From Bacteroidia bacterium (GTDB lineage: Bacteria; Bacteroidota; Bacteroidia; M30B66), in assembly GCA_965279035.1 (NCBI GenBank), contig OZ257142.1, forward strand, positions 3,712,001 through 3,776,000: DNA of 64,000 nucleotides. Reading direction: 5' to 3'. Shown piece by piece: positions 49,049 through 59,242 of this stretch. The notes below the pieces were generated by a model. The model was given only the letters and a program-made list of their open reading frames with translations, was not told where the DNA came from and ran no database searches. A program made the position numbers and the translations under genes. The stretch's first letter is position 1. Each line of letters begins with the position of its first letter.

Positions 49049-50245
49049 TTATTTTTTATTAGGATAAACACGCAATGCCTCTTGAAGGATAATCACTGCA
49101 CGTTGTAAATCACTCACTTTTAATACATATCCAATGCGAACTTCATCTTTCCCCGCTCCAGGACTTGAATAAAAACCTGTTGCAGGAGCTAACATGATCG
49201 TTTCATTTTCAAATTGAAAATCTTCCAATAACCACTGACAAAAATGGTCAGAATCGTGAATTGGTAGACGAGCCATAGCATAAAAAGCACCCGTTGGTTT
49301 TGGACAAAAAACTCCGGGGATTTTATTGAGTCCTTCAATTAATACATTGCGTCTAGCAACATATTCATGAACTACATCTTCGAAATACGAATTAGGTGTT
49401 TCTAAAGCTGCTTCGGAAGCAATTTGTCCAAATGTAGGGGGACTTAATCGTGCTTGAGCAAACTTCAAAGCTGTTTGCATTACCTCTTTATTTCGGGTAA
49501 CCAAAGCTCCAATGCGAGCACCACACATGCTATATCGTTTTGAAACCGAATCAATCAAGATTACATTTTGATCAATACCTGGCAACTGCATTGCAGAAAA
49601 AAAAGTAGAGCCATCATAACAAAACTCACGATAAACTTCATCAGCAAAGAGATACAAATCGTACTTCAAAATAATATCACGTAGTTTCTCTAAATCTTCA
49701 CGTGAATATATCATTCCCGTTGGATTTCCTGGATTTGAAATGATAATCGCCTTCGTTCTTGGTGAAATCAAGGCTTCAAATTCTTCAATTGGAGGAAGTT
49801 GAAAACCAGTATCAATACTCGTTTTTACTGGAATTACTTTAGCTCCAGCTGTACAAGCAAAACTGAGGTAATTTGCGTAAAATGGTTCAGGAATAATAAC
49901 TTCATCACCTGGATCCATGCAGGTCATCATGGCCATTAATAATGCTTCAGAGCCTCCCGTTGTTATGAGAATTTGCTCGTGATTCACATCGATGTGATTT
50001 TTTTGATAATAGTCCGCAAGCTTTCTACGGTATGATTCAAATCCTGCGCTATGGCTGTACTCTATAACTTTAAGTTCAGTATTCCGAATTGCATTAAGCG
50101 CAACCTCAGGTGTTTCAATATCGGGTTGACCAATATTCAAATGGTAAATCTTAACACCTCTTTTTTTTGCAGCTTCTGCAAATGGAACGAGTTTCCGAAT
50201 GGGAGAGGAAGGCATTGCCTGTCCTTTAGCTGATATACTTGGCAT
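49049..50245 (-). CDS. PLP-dependent class I aminotransferase (aspartate aminotransferase-like)
   Basis: LNIGQPD, NPGNPTG, DEVYREF, SVSKRYSMCGARIG. Confidence 0.9.
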   Translation of the reverse strand: MPSISAKGQAMPSSPIRKLVPFAEAAKKRGVKIYHLNIGQPDIETPEVALNAIRNTELKVIEYSHSAGFESYRRKLADYYQKNHIDVNHEQILITTGGSEALLMAMMTCMDPGDEVIIPEPFYANYLSFACTAGAKVIPVKTSIDTGFQLPPIEEFEALISPRTKAIIISNPGNPTGMIYSREDLEKLRDIILKYDLYLFADEVYREFCYDGSTFFSAMQLPGIDQNVILIDSVSKRYSMCGARIGALVTRNKEVMQTALKFAQARLSPPTFGQIASEAALETPNSYFEDVVHEYVARRNVLIEGLNKIPGVFCPKPTGAFYAMARLPIHDSDHFCQWLLEDFQFENETIMLAPATGFYSSPGAGKDEVRIGYVLKVSDLQRAVIILQEALRVYPNKK

Positions 50246-50250
50246 AAAAC

Positions 50251-50276
50251 AAAAAACCCCGACACTAAGTCGGGGT
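50251..50276 (-). terminator. Intrinsic terminator after DUF1573 pair
   Basis: Minus strand ACCCCGAC-TTAGT-GTCGGGGTTTTTT. Confidence 0.6.
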
Positions 50277-50306
50277 GCAAATATGAAAATTTTTAGGGAT
50301 CAAACT

Positions 50307-50783
50307 TTATTTTTCAAGAGGAGCCATTCCACTTTTCTTTTCTGGCATTCCTGCATCAGCTGGCGGCTGTTCAACATTCCCCTTAATGTAAATCATTTTG
50401 GTTCCTGTTTTATCCTTAGCCATGTTCTGAATGGTAAGCGTTACGTTTTTGTTGATAGCGCCTGCACGTTTCGTATCGTAACTTACTTTTACAACTCCTG
50501 TTTTACCTGGTCCAATTGGTTCTTTTGGCCAATCAGGAACTGTACAACCACAGCTACCACGTGCATTAGAAATTACAAAAGGTTCTTTACCAGTATTTTT
50601 AAATTTGAATTCACATGTTCCATCAGCACCATTTTTAATGGTCCCGTAATCATGCGTTTCTTTTTCAAATTCAATAGCAGGAGTCCAGTTTTGTTCTGTA
50701 GAAGCTGGCTGCTGTGGCGCCTGGGCATGTAGAGCAACGAAGCCCATTGCCAGAAACGCCATCGATAACAGGGATCGTTTCAT
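50307..50783 (-). CDS. DUF1573 domain exported protein
   Basis: HDYGTI, FKFKNTGKEP, SCGCTVP...PIGPG. Confidence 0.88.
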   Translation of the reverse strand: MKRSLLSMAFLAMGFVALHAQAPQQPASTEQNWTPAIEFEKETHDYGTIKNGADGTCEFKFKNTGKEPFVISNARGSCGCTVPDWPKEPIGPGKTGVVKVSYDTKRAGAINKNVTLTIQNMAKDKTGTKMIYIKGNVEQPPADAGMPEKKSGMAPLEK

Positions 50784-50893
50784 TTTGGTGTAATTAGAGA
50801 TTATTGATTAGACAAATTTAGTTTTTTCTTTTACGTTTTCTATAATGATCCATCAATTCCTAAACTGAATGAATGAATCATGAAGAACTCACT

Positions 50894-51328
50894 TTATTTT
50901 GCTGGCTCTGTTCCTGCCGATTTTGGTGTAACAGTACCTTTAATCGTGATTTTTGAGGAACCAGTTTTTTCTTTATTGACACCGCTCACAAATGTAACTG
51001 TAACTTCTTTAGAAAAACTTCCTGGACGACCTTCTGAATTAAATCCTACTTTGATTTTTCCTGTTTTTCCAGGTGCGATAGGTGTTTTGTCGAATTCTGG
51101 AGTTGTACATCCACATCCAGCTGTGGCATTTGTAACTACGATAGGTTCTTTTCCAGTATTCTTAAATTCGAATTCTGTATTCACTTTGGGACCTTCTGGT
51201 ATTTTACCGAAATCGTGCTCTACATTGGTGAATTTTGCTGTTGGTGTCCAATTTAAATCGGTAGTTGCTGGTTGAGCTGCTAAGGTCAGACTGCCCGAGA
51301 AGAGCAGCATTGCGAAGATTTTTTTCAT
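50894..51328 (-). CDS. DUF1573 domain exported protein (paralog)
   Basis: HDFGKI, FEFKNTGKEP, GCGCTTP...PIAPG. Confidence 0.88.
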   Translation of the reverse strand: MKKIFAMLLFSGSLTLAAQPATTDLNWTPTAKFTNVEHDFGKIPEGPKVNTEFEFKNTGKEPIVVTNATAGCGCTTPEFDKTPIAPGKTGKIKVGFNSEGRPGSFSKEVTVTFVSGVNKEKTGSSKITIKGTVTPKSAGTEPAK

Positions 51329-51555
51329 AAATAGTCGTTTGAATTTCGCGGCGCCCCCAGCAATTACCAAGCCAAAAATCGATAGGCAAATAGGGGTTCC
51401 AATTGGATTTTAATAGATTTATTAAAACTAGAATATGACCTATTGATAATTGCTTTCATCCAAAGTATTACTGAATACAATTTTATAAGTAGAACCATCA
51501 ATTGGCTGTTTCCTACTTAGCTAAATCGTCTATTTTTGCCTTCCCAAGAAGAATT

Positions 51556-54192
51556 ATGGAAATTCCTACAAAATACACCCCTACAAGCACCGAAGACAAA
51601 TGGTATAAACGCTGGATGGATAGCGGATGCTTCCGTTCTGTTCCAGATGAACGTGAAGCTTTTACGATCGTCATTCCTCCACCAAACGTAACGGGTGTGC
51701 TTCATATGGGACACATGCTGAACAATACCATTCAAGATGTATTGATTCGACGTGCTCGTATGCAAGGAAAAAATGCTTGCTGGGTGCCTGGAACTGATCA
51801 TGCATCCATTGCTACTGAAGCAAAAGTGGTTAGTAAACTCCGTGCTGAAGGAATTGAGAAAAACAACCTTAGTCGCGAAGAATTTCTCAGCCATGCTTGG
51901 GAATGGAAAGAAAAACATGGAGGAATTATCCTCGAACAACTTAAGAAACTTGGGGCTTCTTGCGATTGGGAACGCACCAAGTTCACCATGGATCCGCCAT
52001 TAAGCGAAGCCGTTTTAGACGTATTCATTGATCTACATAAAAAAGGTCTTGTGTACCGTGGAGTTCGTATGATCAATTGGGATCCTTCTGCTCAAACTGC
52101 TCTTTCCGATGAAGAAGTAATCTATAAAGAAACTCCTTCGAAACTCTATTATGTTACATACTATACCGAAGACAAATCCGATTCGGTAACCATTGCTACT
52201 ACTCGACCGGAAACGATTTTGGGTGATACCGCCGTATGTGTGCATCCGGATGATGTGCGTTTTCGACATCTCGTTGGAAAAAAAATCATGGTACCACTTA
52301 TTCAACGCGCCATTCCAGTAATTGCCGATGAATATGTTGATCGCGAATTTGGAACAGGTGCGCTAAAAGTTACTCCTGCGCATGATGTAAATGACTACAT
52401 GCTTGGTATCAAGTACTCACTTCCTGTGATTGATGTAATTGCAAGCAATGGAACGATGAGTCAAGCCGCTACCTTATATATTGGGGAAGATCGTTTTGCT
52501 GTTCGTAAGCAAATTGTGATCGATTTAGAAGCAGCTGGTCATCTTTTGAAAACCGAAGAAATTATCAATAAAGTTGGTCATTCGGAAAGAACAGATGCGG
52601 TTATTGAACCACGCTTATCCTTACAGTGGTTTGTAAAAATGGGGGAAATGGCTCGTCCTGCTTTGGATGCTGTGAACTCAGGTGCTGTAAAATTATATCC
52701 TGCAAAATTTGTCAATACCTACCGCCATTGGATGGAAAACGTAAAAGACTGGTGTATTTCTCGTCAACTTTGGTGGGGACAACGTATACCAGCTTGGTAT
52801 GATGGACAAGGCGATTTTGTTGTTGCTAAAACTGAAGCTGAAGCTATTGCAGCCTATGCTGAAAAAGGGAAGACTTATACTACTGGCCAAATCCAACAAG
52901 ACGAAGATGTACTTGATACGTGGTTCTCAAGCTGGTTGTGGCCTATCTCGGTTTTTGATGCAGAATTTGTAAATAAAGCAAAGTCGGAGTGGAATGCCGA
53001 TTTGAAGTACTACTACCCTACTCATGATTTAGTAACAGCTCCGGAGATTTTGTTTTTCTGGGTTGCACGGATGATCATGGCAGGAATGGAATACACTGGC
53101 GAAGTTCCTTTTAGTAATGTGTATTTGACTGGTATTGTTCGCGACAAATTGGGACGTAAAATGTCGAAATCATTGGGGAATTCTCCTGATCCTATCGATT
53201 TGATTCATACATATGGAGCCGATGGCGTACGTATGGGAATGTTGCTCACATCACCAGCGGGGAATGATTTACCATTTGATGAAAGTTTGTGTGAACAAGG
53301 TCGAAATTTCAACAATAAGATTTGGAACGCCTTCCGTTTAGTAAATCAATGGGAAGTGGCTGATATAGAGCAACCTGAATCGGCAAAGCAGGCGATTGCA
53401 TGGATGAATGAACGTTTGAAAGAAGAAGTCGCCAATGTAGAGGAGCTCTTTTCAAAATATCGCATTTCAGAAGCCTTGATGAGTTTGTACAAATTGACCT
53501 GGGACGATTTCTGTGCTTGGTACTTGGAAGCTGTTAAACCGGCTTACCAACAACCTATCGATACGGCAACACTTGAATCGACCAAACGATTTTTTGAAGA
53601 TATTTTACGCTTGTTGCATCCATTTACGCCATTTGTAACCGAAGAGATTTGGCATTTCTTGGCAGAACGTGAAGAAGGTTCGTATTTGATGATGGATCGT
53701 CAGCCAGCTATTACACCTTATGATTCAAAACTAATTCAACAGTTTGAGCAAACCCGAAATACCATTGCGGCAGTGCGTAATTTTAGAAATGAAAAAGGAA
53801 TTTCACCCAAGGAAGCATTACAATTAAGTTGTAGCACACGAACAGCTTCAGCAGCTCTTCCTTTCATGGCCGTTCTTACTAAGTTGGCGAATATTTCGGA
53901 AGTGGATTATGTGACTGAAAAGCCAAGTGGTTCGTTTCAATTGATGGTAGGAACCGATGAGTTTTTCTTACCAGCTAACGAAAGCATGGATTTGGAAGCG
54001 GAACGAGAAAAGCTGGAAAAAGAACTGGTTTACACACGTGGATTCTTGGAATCGGTATTGAAGAAATTGCAGAATGAGCGATTTATGGCCAATGCCAAAG
54101 CGGAAGTGGTAGAAAGTGAACGGAAAAAAGAAGCAGATGCTATCCAGAAAATTAAAGCATTGGAAGAACAATTGAGCTCTTTGGTAAATTAA
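51556..54192 (+). CDS. valS: Valine--tRNA ligase
   Basis: [39 protein letters not shown]-terminal coiled coil; TATTTTTG at 51531-51538. Confidence 0.97.
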   Translation: MEIPTKYTPTSTEDKWYKRWMDSGCFRSVPDEREAFTIVIPPPNVTGVLHMGHMLNNTIQDVLIRRARMQGKNACWVPGTDHASIATEAKVVSKLRAEGIEKNNLSREEFLSHAWEWKEKHGGIILEQLKKLGASCDWERTKFTMDPPLSEAVLDVFIDLHKKGLVYRGVRMINWDPSAQTALSDEEVIYKETPSKLYYVTYYTEDKSDSVTIATTRPETILGDTAVCVHPDDVRFRHLVGKKIMVPLIQRAIPVIADEYVDREFGTGALKVTPAHDVNDYMLGIKYSLPVIDVIASNGTMSQAATLYIGEDRFAVRKQIVIDLEAAGHLLKTEEIINKVGHSERTDAVIEPRLSLQWFVKMGEMARPALDAVNSGAVKLYPAKFVNTYRHWMENVKDWCISRQLWWGQRIPAWYDGQGDFVVAKTEAEAIAAYAEKGKTYTTGQIQQDEDVLDTWFSSWLWPISVFDAEFVNKAKSEWNADLKYYYPTHDLVTAPEILFFWVARMIMAGMEYTGEVPFSNVYLTGIVRDKLGRKMSKSLGNSPDPIDLIHTYGADGVRMGMLLTSPAGNDLPFDESLCEQGRNFNNKIWNAFRLVNQWEVADIEQPESAKQAIAWMNERLKEEVANVEELFSKYRISEALMSLYKLTWDDFCAWYLEAVKPAYQQPIDTATLESTKRFFEDILRLLHPFTPFVTEEIWHFLAEREEGSYLMMDRQPAITPYDSKLIQQFEQTRNTIAAVRNFRNEKGISPKEALQLSCSTRTASAALPFMAVLTKLANISEVDYVTEKPSGSFQLMVGTDEFFLPANESMDLEAEREKLEKELVYTRGFLESVLKKLQNERFMANAKAEVVESERKKEADAIQKIKALEEQLSSLVN

Positions 54193-54286
54193 ATTCGATT
54201 AGAAAATTGAAAGCATCCGAATTACTTTGATGTAAAACGGGTGCTTTATTATTTCAACACATTTGCAAGAACTCTGTTTTAATAGC

Positions 54287-55117
54287 ATGAAAATAGGTTT
54301 TTCTCCTTGTCCGAACGATACCTTTATTTTTGATGCCTTCATCAATAAGAACATACAGCCTGAGCTTCATTTAGAACCTTATTTAGCAGATGTTGATGAG
54401 TTAAATCGAAATGCAATTGCAGGAAAATTAGAGATTAGCAAGATTTCTTTTGGCGTTTTAACGGCAGTTTCGGAACAGTATCAAGTGTTAGATGCGGGAA
54501 GTGCTTTGGGATTTGGATGCGGTCCATTGCTTATATCACGTGAACCAATCTTAGCTGAAGCGGAAAAAATCAATCCCTTAAAAATTGCTATTCCTGGGAA
54601 AAGTACAACAGCGAATCTTCTTTTAAGTATGGCATTTCCAGCTGCACTAAACAAGGAAGTGTATGTTTTTTCGGATATTGAAGAGGCTGTTTTGAGTGGT
54701 AAAGTAGATGCGGGTTTGATTATACACGAAAACCGATTTACCTATCAGAAAAAAGGCTTGCACAAAGTGATTGATTTGGGAGCGTATTGGGAAGAGCAAA
54801 CCGGTTTACCTATTCCTTTGGGATGTATCGCAGTTAAACGTAATCTGCCAGAAGAATTAAAAAAGAAGATTGGATTGGCCATTCGTAAAAGTGTGGAAAT
54901 GGCCTTTGCAAATCCAGAAGGAACGATGAAGTATGTAGCTGCACATGCGCAAGAAATGGAAACAGATATAATGAAACAGCACATTGCACTATACGTGAAT
55001 GAGTTTAGCGTTTCGTTGGGAGAGAAAGGCAGAGCAGCGATTGAACGCTTAATGCTAGAAGGAAAAAAGGCTGGATTAATTCCGGAAATTAGGCAATCTC
55101 TTTTTGTTGATCCATAA
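54287..55117 (+). CDS. mqnD: 1,4-dihydroxy-6-naphthoate synthase (futalosine pathway)
   Basis: GFSPCPNDTFIF, GSALGFGCGPL, IIHENRFTY, PIPLG, HIALYVN. Confidence 0.92.
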   Translation: MKIGFSPCPNDTFIFDAFINKNIQPELHLEPYLADVDELNRNAIAGKLEISKISFGVLTAVSEQYQVLDAGSALGFGCGPLLISREPILAEAEKINPLKIAIPGKSTTANLLLSMAFPAALNKEVYVFSDIEEAVLSGKVDAGLIIHENRFTYQKKGLHKVIDLGAYWEEQTGLPIPLGCIAVKRNLPEELKKKIGLAIRKSVEMAFANPEGTMKYVAAHAQEMETDIMKQHIALYVNEFSVSLGEKGRAAIERLMLEGKKAGLIPEIRQSLFVDP

Positions 55118-55436
55118 AAGCAAATGGAGGCAATAGAATTTCGACGACCGCTCGTGTTGCAATAGCTCCAAAAAGATGAGGAAAGAAGCCCGATCCATCG
55201 TCGGCAGCTTCATAAATAAGTGGAACATTGATTAAGGTAGTATCGATTTTAAGGATACAGACTTTATTGATGTTTTTGGAGAAGAACCGTTTGAGAGTGG
55301 CAGGGAGTTGTTCATAACGTGAACAATGAATATATCCTTCGTTATCGAGAGAACTTGATTCGTATTCGGGAAGTTCGGATTGAGAATTCCAATCGGAAGT
55401 ATTTGCAATGTGGTAAATAAAACGCGGTGCTGCCAT
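55089..55436 (-). CDS. DUF952 domain protein
   Basis: IYHI...W...SLDNEGYIHCS...FPHLFG. Confidence 0.85.
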   Translation of the reverse strand: MAAPRFIYHIANTSDWNSQSELPEYESSSLDNEGYIHCSRYEQLPATLKRFFSKNINKVCILKIDTTLINVPLIYEAADDGSGFFPHLFGAIATRAVVEILLPPFAFMDQQKEIA

Positions 55437-55592
55437 GTTGATTTGCATTGCAAAATTAATGAAAGCAGCGAGTTTATTCATAGAATCTCAATTTAAATAT
55501 GAACTGAATTTTAGAAATTCCAGGTTTGTTTTTCTCATTATTCGAGTGATTTTTTTTAAGACTTACTAGATGATTTATATGAGTGGAATATT

Positions 55593-55728
55593 GCAAAAGC
55601 GATTGGAAGGGAAGCGCCAAAGGCGATTGTGCAAAGCACCGGAGCGTATGCGTAGCCCTGAAAAGCGCGGTGCCAGCATGTACTAAAAAATCGCATTGAG
55701 CAAAAGAATTCTATGCTGGCATTTGCCC
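55593..55728 (-). repeat. Divergent member of the dispersed composite hairpin repeat family
   Basis: Plus strand AGCGATTGGAAGGGAAG...AAAAGCGCGG-TGCCAGCAT...ATGCTGGCA-TTTGCCC parallels copy 1 (AGCGATAGCAGCGAAAAG...TAGCGCGG-hairpin-CACCC). Confidence 0.45.
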
Positions 55729-55822
55729 AAGTAAAAGAGTTTATCTGTAAGTTTCGAACTCAATACGTAAGAACCCAAAATTGGAGCGTTCGTAGAAGGC
55801 GCTAAACTTTAATCTGCTACCC

Positions 55823-57007
55823 ATGAGTAAATTCCTTACGCGAATTTTTGTAGTCGAAGACAATGAGTTCTTCAGCCAGTTGATCAAGCAAAAGCTGGAA
55901 ATGAATGATCAAAATGAGGTAACGCTTTTCCATAATGGAGAAGATTTTAGAAGTAACCTGCATTTAAATCCTGATATCGTTGTTCTGGATTATAATTTAC
56001 CGAATACAACAGGAATTGATTTATTGAAAGAAATCAAGAATTTTAATGAGGAGATAAAAACGATTTTGCTTTCGGGACAAGAGAAAGTGGATATCGTGAT
56101 TGAGGCATTTGAAAATGGTGCCGAAGAATATATTAAAAAGGACGATAATGCACTTCAAATGCTCGATTTGAAGGTTCAGAAGCATAGCGGAAGTGTGAAT
56201 TTGAGAAAAGAAGTTGATACACTTCGTGAACAGATTATTGATCGAAATCGCTATGACCGCATTATTGGAGAAAGTCAAGCCATATTAAAAGTGCTTCGTT
56301 TGATTCAAAAGGTGGAGAAAACTAATATGCTTGCCTTGATTACTGGCGAAAGTGGAACCGGAAAAGAATTGGTTGCATCGGCGATTCACTATAATTCGGC
56401 AAGAAAAAATCGTCCATTTGTAGCTGTGAATGTGGCTGCGATTCCGGAAGATTTGATGGAAAGTGAATTATTCGGACATGAGCGCGGCGCCTTTACAGGA
56501 GCGGATAGCAAGCGTATTGGTAAATTTGAAGAAGCCAATGAAGGCACTATTTTCCTCGATGAAATTGGGGAAATGGATATACACATGCAGACTAAATTAT
56601 TGCGTGTATTGCAAGAAAGTAAAATCACTCGATTGGGTTCGAATAAAGAAATTCCTTTGAATGTTCGTGTGATTGCTGCAACAAATAAAAATCTCGCACA
56701 ACGCGTGAAAGACGGGAAAATGCGTGAGGATTTGTACTATCGTTTACAAGGATTTTTGATTCATTTACCACCGCTCAGAGAACGCGATAATGATATTTTA
56801 TTGTTGGCGAAAAGCATGCTTCGAATTTTTTGTGATGCGAATCGAATGCCTGTGAAAAGTTTTTCTTCGGATGCCTTAAAAGCGATGATGAAGCATCCTT
56901 GGAGCGGGAATGTCCGCGAGTTAAAAGCATTTATAGAACGAGCAGTATTGATTTCTGATAATGATATTATTGAAGAAGAAGATTTGATTTTTTCGCAGGA
57001 TATTTAA
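55823..57007 (+). CDS. Sigma54-dependent response regulator (REC + AAA+) lacking a C-terminal HTH
   Basis: VVEDN, VLDYNLP, GESGTGKE, ESELFGHERGAFTGA, FLDEIG, WSGNVREL; ends EEEDLIFSQDI*. Confidence 0.9.
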   Translation: MSKFLTRIFVVEDNEFFSQLIKQKLEMNDQNEVTLFHNGEDFRSNLHLNPDIVVLDYNLPNTTGIDLLKEIKNFNEEIKTILLSGQEKVDIVIEAFENGAEEYIKKDDNALQMLDLKVQKHSGSVNLRKEVDTLREQIIDRNRYDRIIGESQAILKVLRLIQKVEKTNMLALITGESGTGKELVASAIHYNSARKNRPFVAVNVAAIPEDLMESELFGHERGAFTGADSKRIGKFEEANEGTIFLDEIGEMDIHMQTKLLRVLQESKITRLGSNKEIPLNVRVIAATNKNLAQRVKDGKMREDLYYRLQGFLIHLPPLRERDNDILLLAKSMLRIFCDANRMPVKSFSSDALKAMMKHPWSGNVRELKAFIERAVLISDNDIIEEEDLIFSQDI

Positions 57008-57029
57008 TACGTTTTTTTTAAAATCTCAG

Positions 57030-57063
57030 TCCCTAGTAAATTAATTTTTACTGGGGATTTTTT
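57030..57063 (+). terminator. Intrinsic terminator
   Basis: TCCCTAGTAAA-TTAATT-TTTACTGGGGA followed by a T run. Confidence 0.65.
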
Positions 57064-57194
57064 ATTTCTAGAGATCGCCAAAAAAATAGAATTAAATACA
57101 ATGAATGCCAATTTTAAATATCTGATTTTCAAAAAGATAATCTCCTGAAAATTGAATTATTCCATTACATTTATTAGATATTAAATCGATAAAA

Positions 57195-57617
57195 ATGAAA
57201 AATCAATTGGATAATAAAACGATTGGAATTTGGATGGATCATCATGAGGCAAAATTGATGTTGCCCAATGATTCACATTTAAGTAAGGAAGAGATTCTTT
57301 CGGATCATGATAGCAGAATTCGAATTGATGGTGAGTCGGGCGATGGGATGAAGTTGGGATCGAATCGTTCGACCAATAATGAATATTCGAAACATCAAAT
57401 TGAGCAACATGATATTCACGCTTTTTTCAAAAAGATAGCCGATCGTGTTGAAGCCTTTGATCGCATTTACATTTTTGGACCAACTACTGCTGCCAGTGAG
57501 TTTCAACATTTTTTAGAAGGAGAAAAACGATTTTCGAATACACTTATTTCAACAAGTAAAGAAGATTATTTGACTGATGTTGAAATTCGAGAAAAGGTGA
57601 ATTCAAAAGTCTGGTAA
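57195..57617 (+). CDS. Small eRF1/pelota middle-domain-like (host-attachment-type) protein
   Basis: IGIWMDH...FFKKIAD...IYIFGP...A...F pattern. Confidence 0.55.
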   Translation: MKNQLDNKTIGIWMDHHEAKLMLPNDSHLSKEEILSDHDSRIRIDGESGDGMKLGSNRSTNNEYSKHQIEQHDIHAFFKKIADRVEAFDRIYIFGPTTAASEFQHFLEGEKRFSNTLISTSKEDYLTDVEIREKVNSKVW

Positions 57618-57653
57618 GTATTTTAGGAATTCACAAGATGAATTTTTTCGAAT

Positions 57654-57696
57654 AAAAAACCCCTGATCTTTCGGAGGAGGGCCTTGGATCAGGGGT
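57654..57696 (-). terminator. Terminator of the minus-strand tkt/ECF operon
   Basis: ACCCCTGATC...GATCAGGGGT with an A run on the plus strand. Confidence 0.6.
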
Positions 57697-57714
57697 AAAC
57701 GTGATGGTTTGGAT

Positions 57715-58176
57715 TTACATTTCATCCTCTGGTGGAGGCGGGCCTTTGTGACCTGATTGTTTCATTCGTTTGAGAAGCGTCAATTTAAAATCGTGTTCTG
57801 CTTTATAGAGAAGTGCTATTTTTCGAGCTGGAATAACTTTCTTTAATTCTGCTTGGTATTTCCGGTGGAGATCAGTGATTTTCTGTTGATTTAAAATATC
57901 GTCTTCCAGTGCTTTTTCAACTTCTTTATCATTCATGCTCATCAGGTTTTCGTTTGTTGAGCGTCGAAGCTTGTTCATGTCTTTTTTTACTCGATCAAGC
58001 TCATCGGTAAATTGATTATAAACGGGCCAAAATTTCTGTGCTTCATCGGGTGTTAGAGCTAATTTTTGTGTGATAAAAGCGATACGTTGTGCTTTTATTT
58101 TTTCTCGTATGTTGTCTTTTTGTGCAAGTGCCGGAACACTTAGCAATAAGAGTAAAAGGAAAAGTGGAGATTTCAT
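57715..58176 (-). CDS. Periplasmic Spy/CpxP-like helical protein (ECF accessory)
   Basis: Signal peptide; RIAFITQKLALTPDEAQKFWPVYN. Confidence 0.75.
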   Translation of the reverse strand: MKSPLFLLLLLLSVPALAQKDNIREKIKAQRIAFITQKLALTPDEAQKFWPVYNQFTDELDRVKKDMNKLRRSTNENLMSMNDKEVEKALEDDILNQQKITDLHRKYQAELKKVIPARKIALLYKAEHDFKLTLLKRMKQSGHKGPPPPEDEM

Positions 58177-58193
58177 GTGATGGTATTTTAAAT

Positions 58194-58652
58194 TCATTCG
58201 GTGATATAAGAATCATCCATATCGTGATCCCTTAAGTATGATCTTATTGAATCATTTTCTGATGAATTCAGTTGCGATGTGTCGTTAGAAATTGCCATGT
58301 CGGTGCTTTCTAGTATGTCGTCTAATTCTAATTCATCGATAAATCCTTCTTGGTAAACGTAAGTTGAAATTTCATCATCGGTAAGTGGATCGGCTGGTCC
58401 ATTTAACAATCGGTATCCAAAAACACCAGCGATAACAAGCATTACAGCGGCTGCTAAAAGTGGAGCAGGTTTTAATAGGGATGGAAATGGGAACCGTTTT
58501 ATTTTGTTCTCTTCTTTGATCCGTTCTTCGAGCTTTGCTGGAAAACGGTCGAAGTATCCCTCGGGAACCCTAAATGGATTGCCTTTGGGCAGTCCTTCAG
58601 GAAAATAATCCGGTGTTTCTTCGTTGTTCATTTGCGCTTCTGATTGGTTCAA
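58194..58652 (-). CDS. Putative membrane anti-sigma factor
   Basis: NPFRVPEGYFD motif, single TM helix, directly downstream of an ECF sigma. Confidence 0.7.
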   Translation of the reverse strand: MNQSEAQMNNEETPDYFPEGLPKGNPFRVPEGYFDRFPAKLEERIKEENKIKRFPFPSLLKPAPLLAAAVMLVIAGVFGYRLLNGPADPLTDDEISTYVYQEGFIDELELDDILESTDMAISNDTSQLNSSENDSIRSYLRDHDMDDSYITE

Positions 58653-58663
58653 TATCGTTTGGT

Positions 58664-59212
58664 TTAATCTTGCTTCATAAATTCTTCAATCTTCTTTACA
58701 GCATGGTGAAATGAGGCTTTTAAAGCGCCGACAGAAGTGCCCAAAATCTCTGACATTTCTTCGTATTTCATTTCTTCAAAATATTTGAGATTGAAAACAA
58801 GACGTTGTTTATCGGGTAAAGTCAAGATGGCTTGTTGCAATTTCATTTGAATGCGTTCGCCACTGAAATAGGTGTCTGTCTCTAAATTCTGAGAAAGTTG
58901 ATATTCTACATCTACCATTGGTACCATGAACCGTTTCTTTTTATTGTTTAGAAACGTGATGCATTCGTTGGTGGCAATCTTATATAGCCAAGTATATATT
59001 TTTGAGTCCTCGCGAAAATTATCGAGTGCTCTAAATGCTTTGATGAACACGTTTTGAAGTAAATCATCGGCATCGTCGTGGTCGAGCACCATTTTGCGAA
59101 TATGCCAGTATAAGCGTTGTTGATATTGGCGCACGAGCAGGTTGAACGCATGATTTCGCGTTGCTGCTTTCGCAAATAAATCCAATAATTCCCGGTCGCT
59201 TAATTCTTCCAT
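58664..59212 (-). CDS. ECF RNA polymerase sigma factor
   Basis: DADDLLQNVFIK, TWLYKIATN, LPDKQRLVF...YEEMSEILGTSVGALKAS. Confidence 0.93.
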   Translation of the reverse strand: MEELSDRELLDLFAKAATRNHAFNLLVRQYQQRLYWHIRKMVLDHDDADDLLQNVFIKAFRALDNFREDSKIYTWLYKIATNECITFLNNKKKRFMVPMVDVEYQLSQNLETDTYFSGERIQMKLQQAILTLPDKQRLVFNLKYFEEMKYEEMSEILGTSVGALKASFHHAVKKIEEFMKQD

Positions 59213-59242
59213 AGGATAAGACTCCGGTCGAGCTTCGAATGC

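Noticed and set aside
50199-51275. Plus-strand ORFs of 177 and 131 aa
   Set aside because: They are antisense to well-supported DUF1573 genes.
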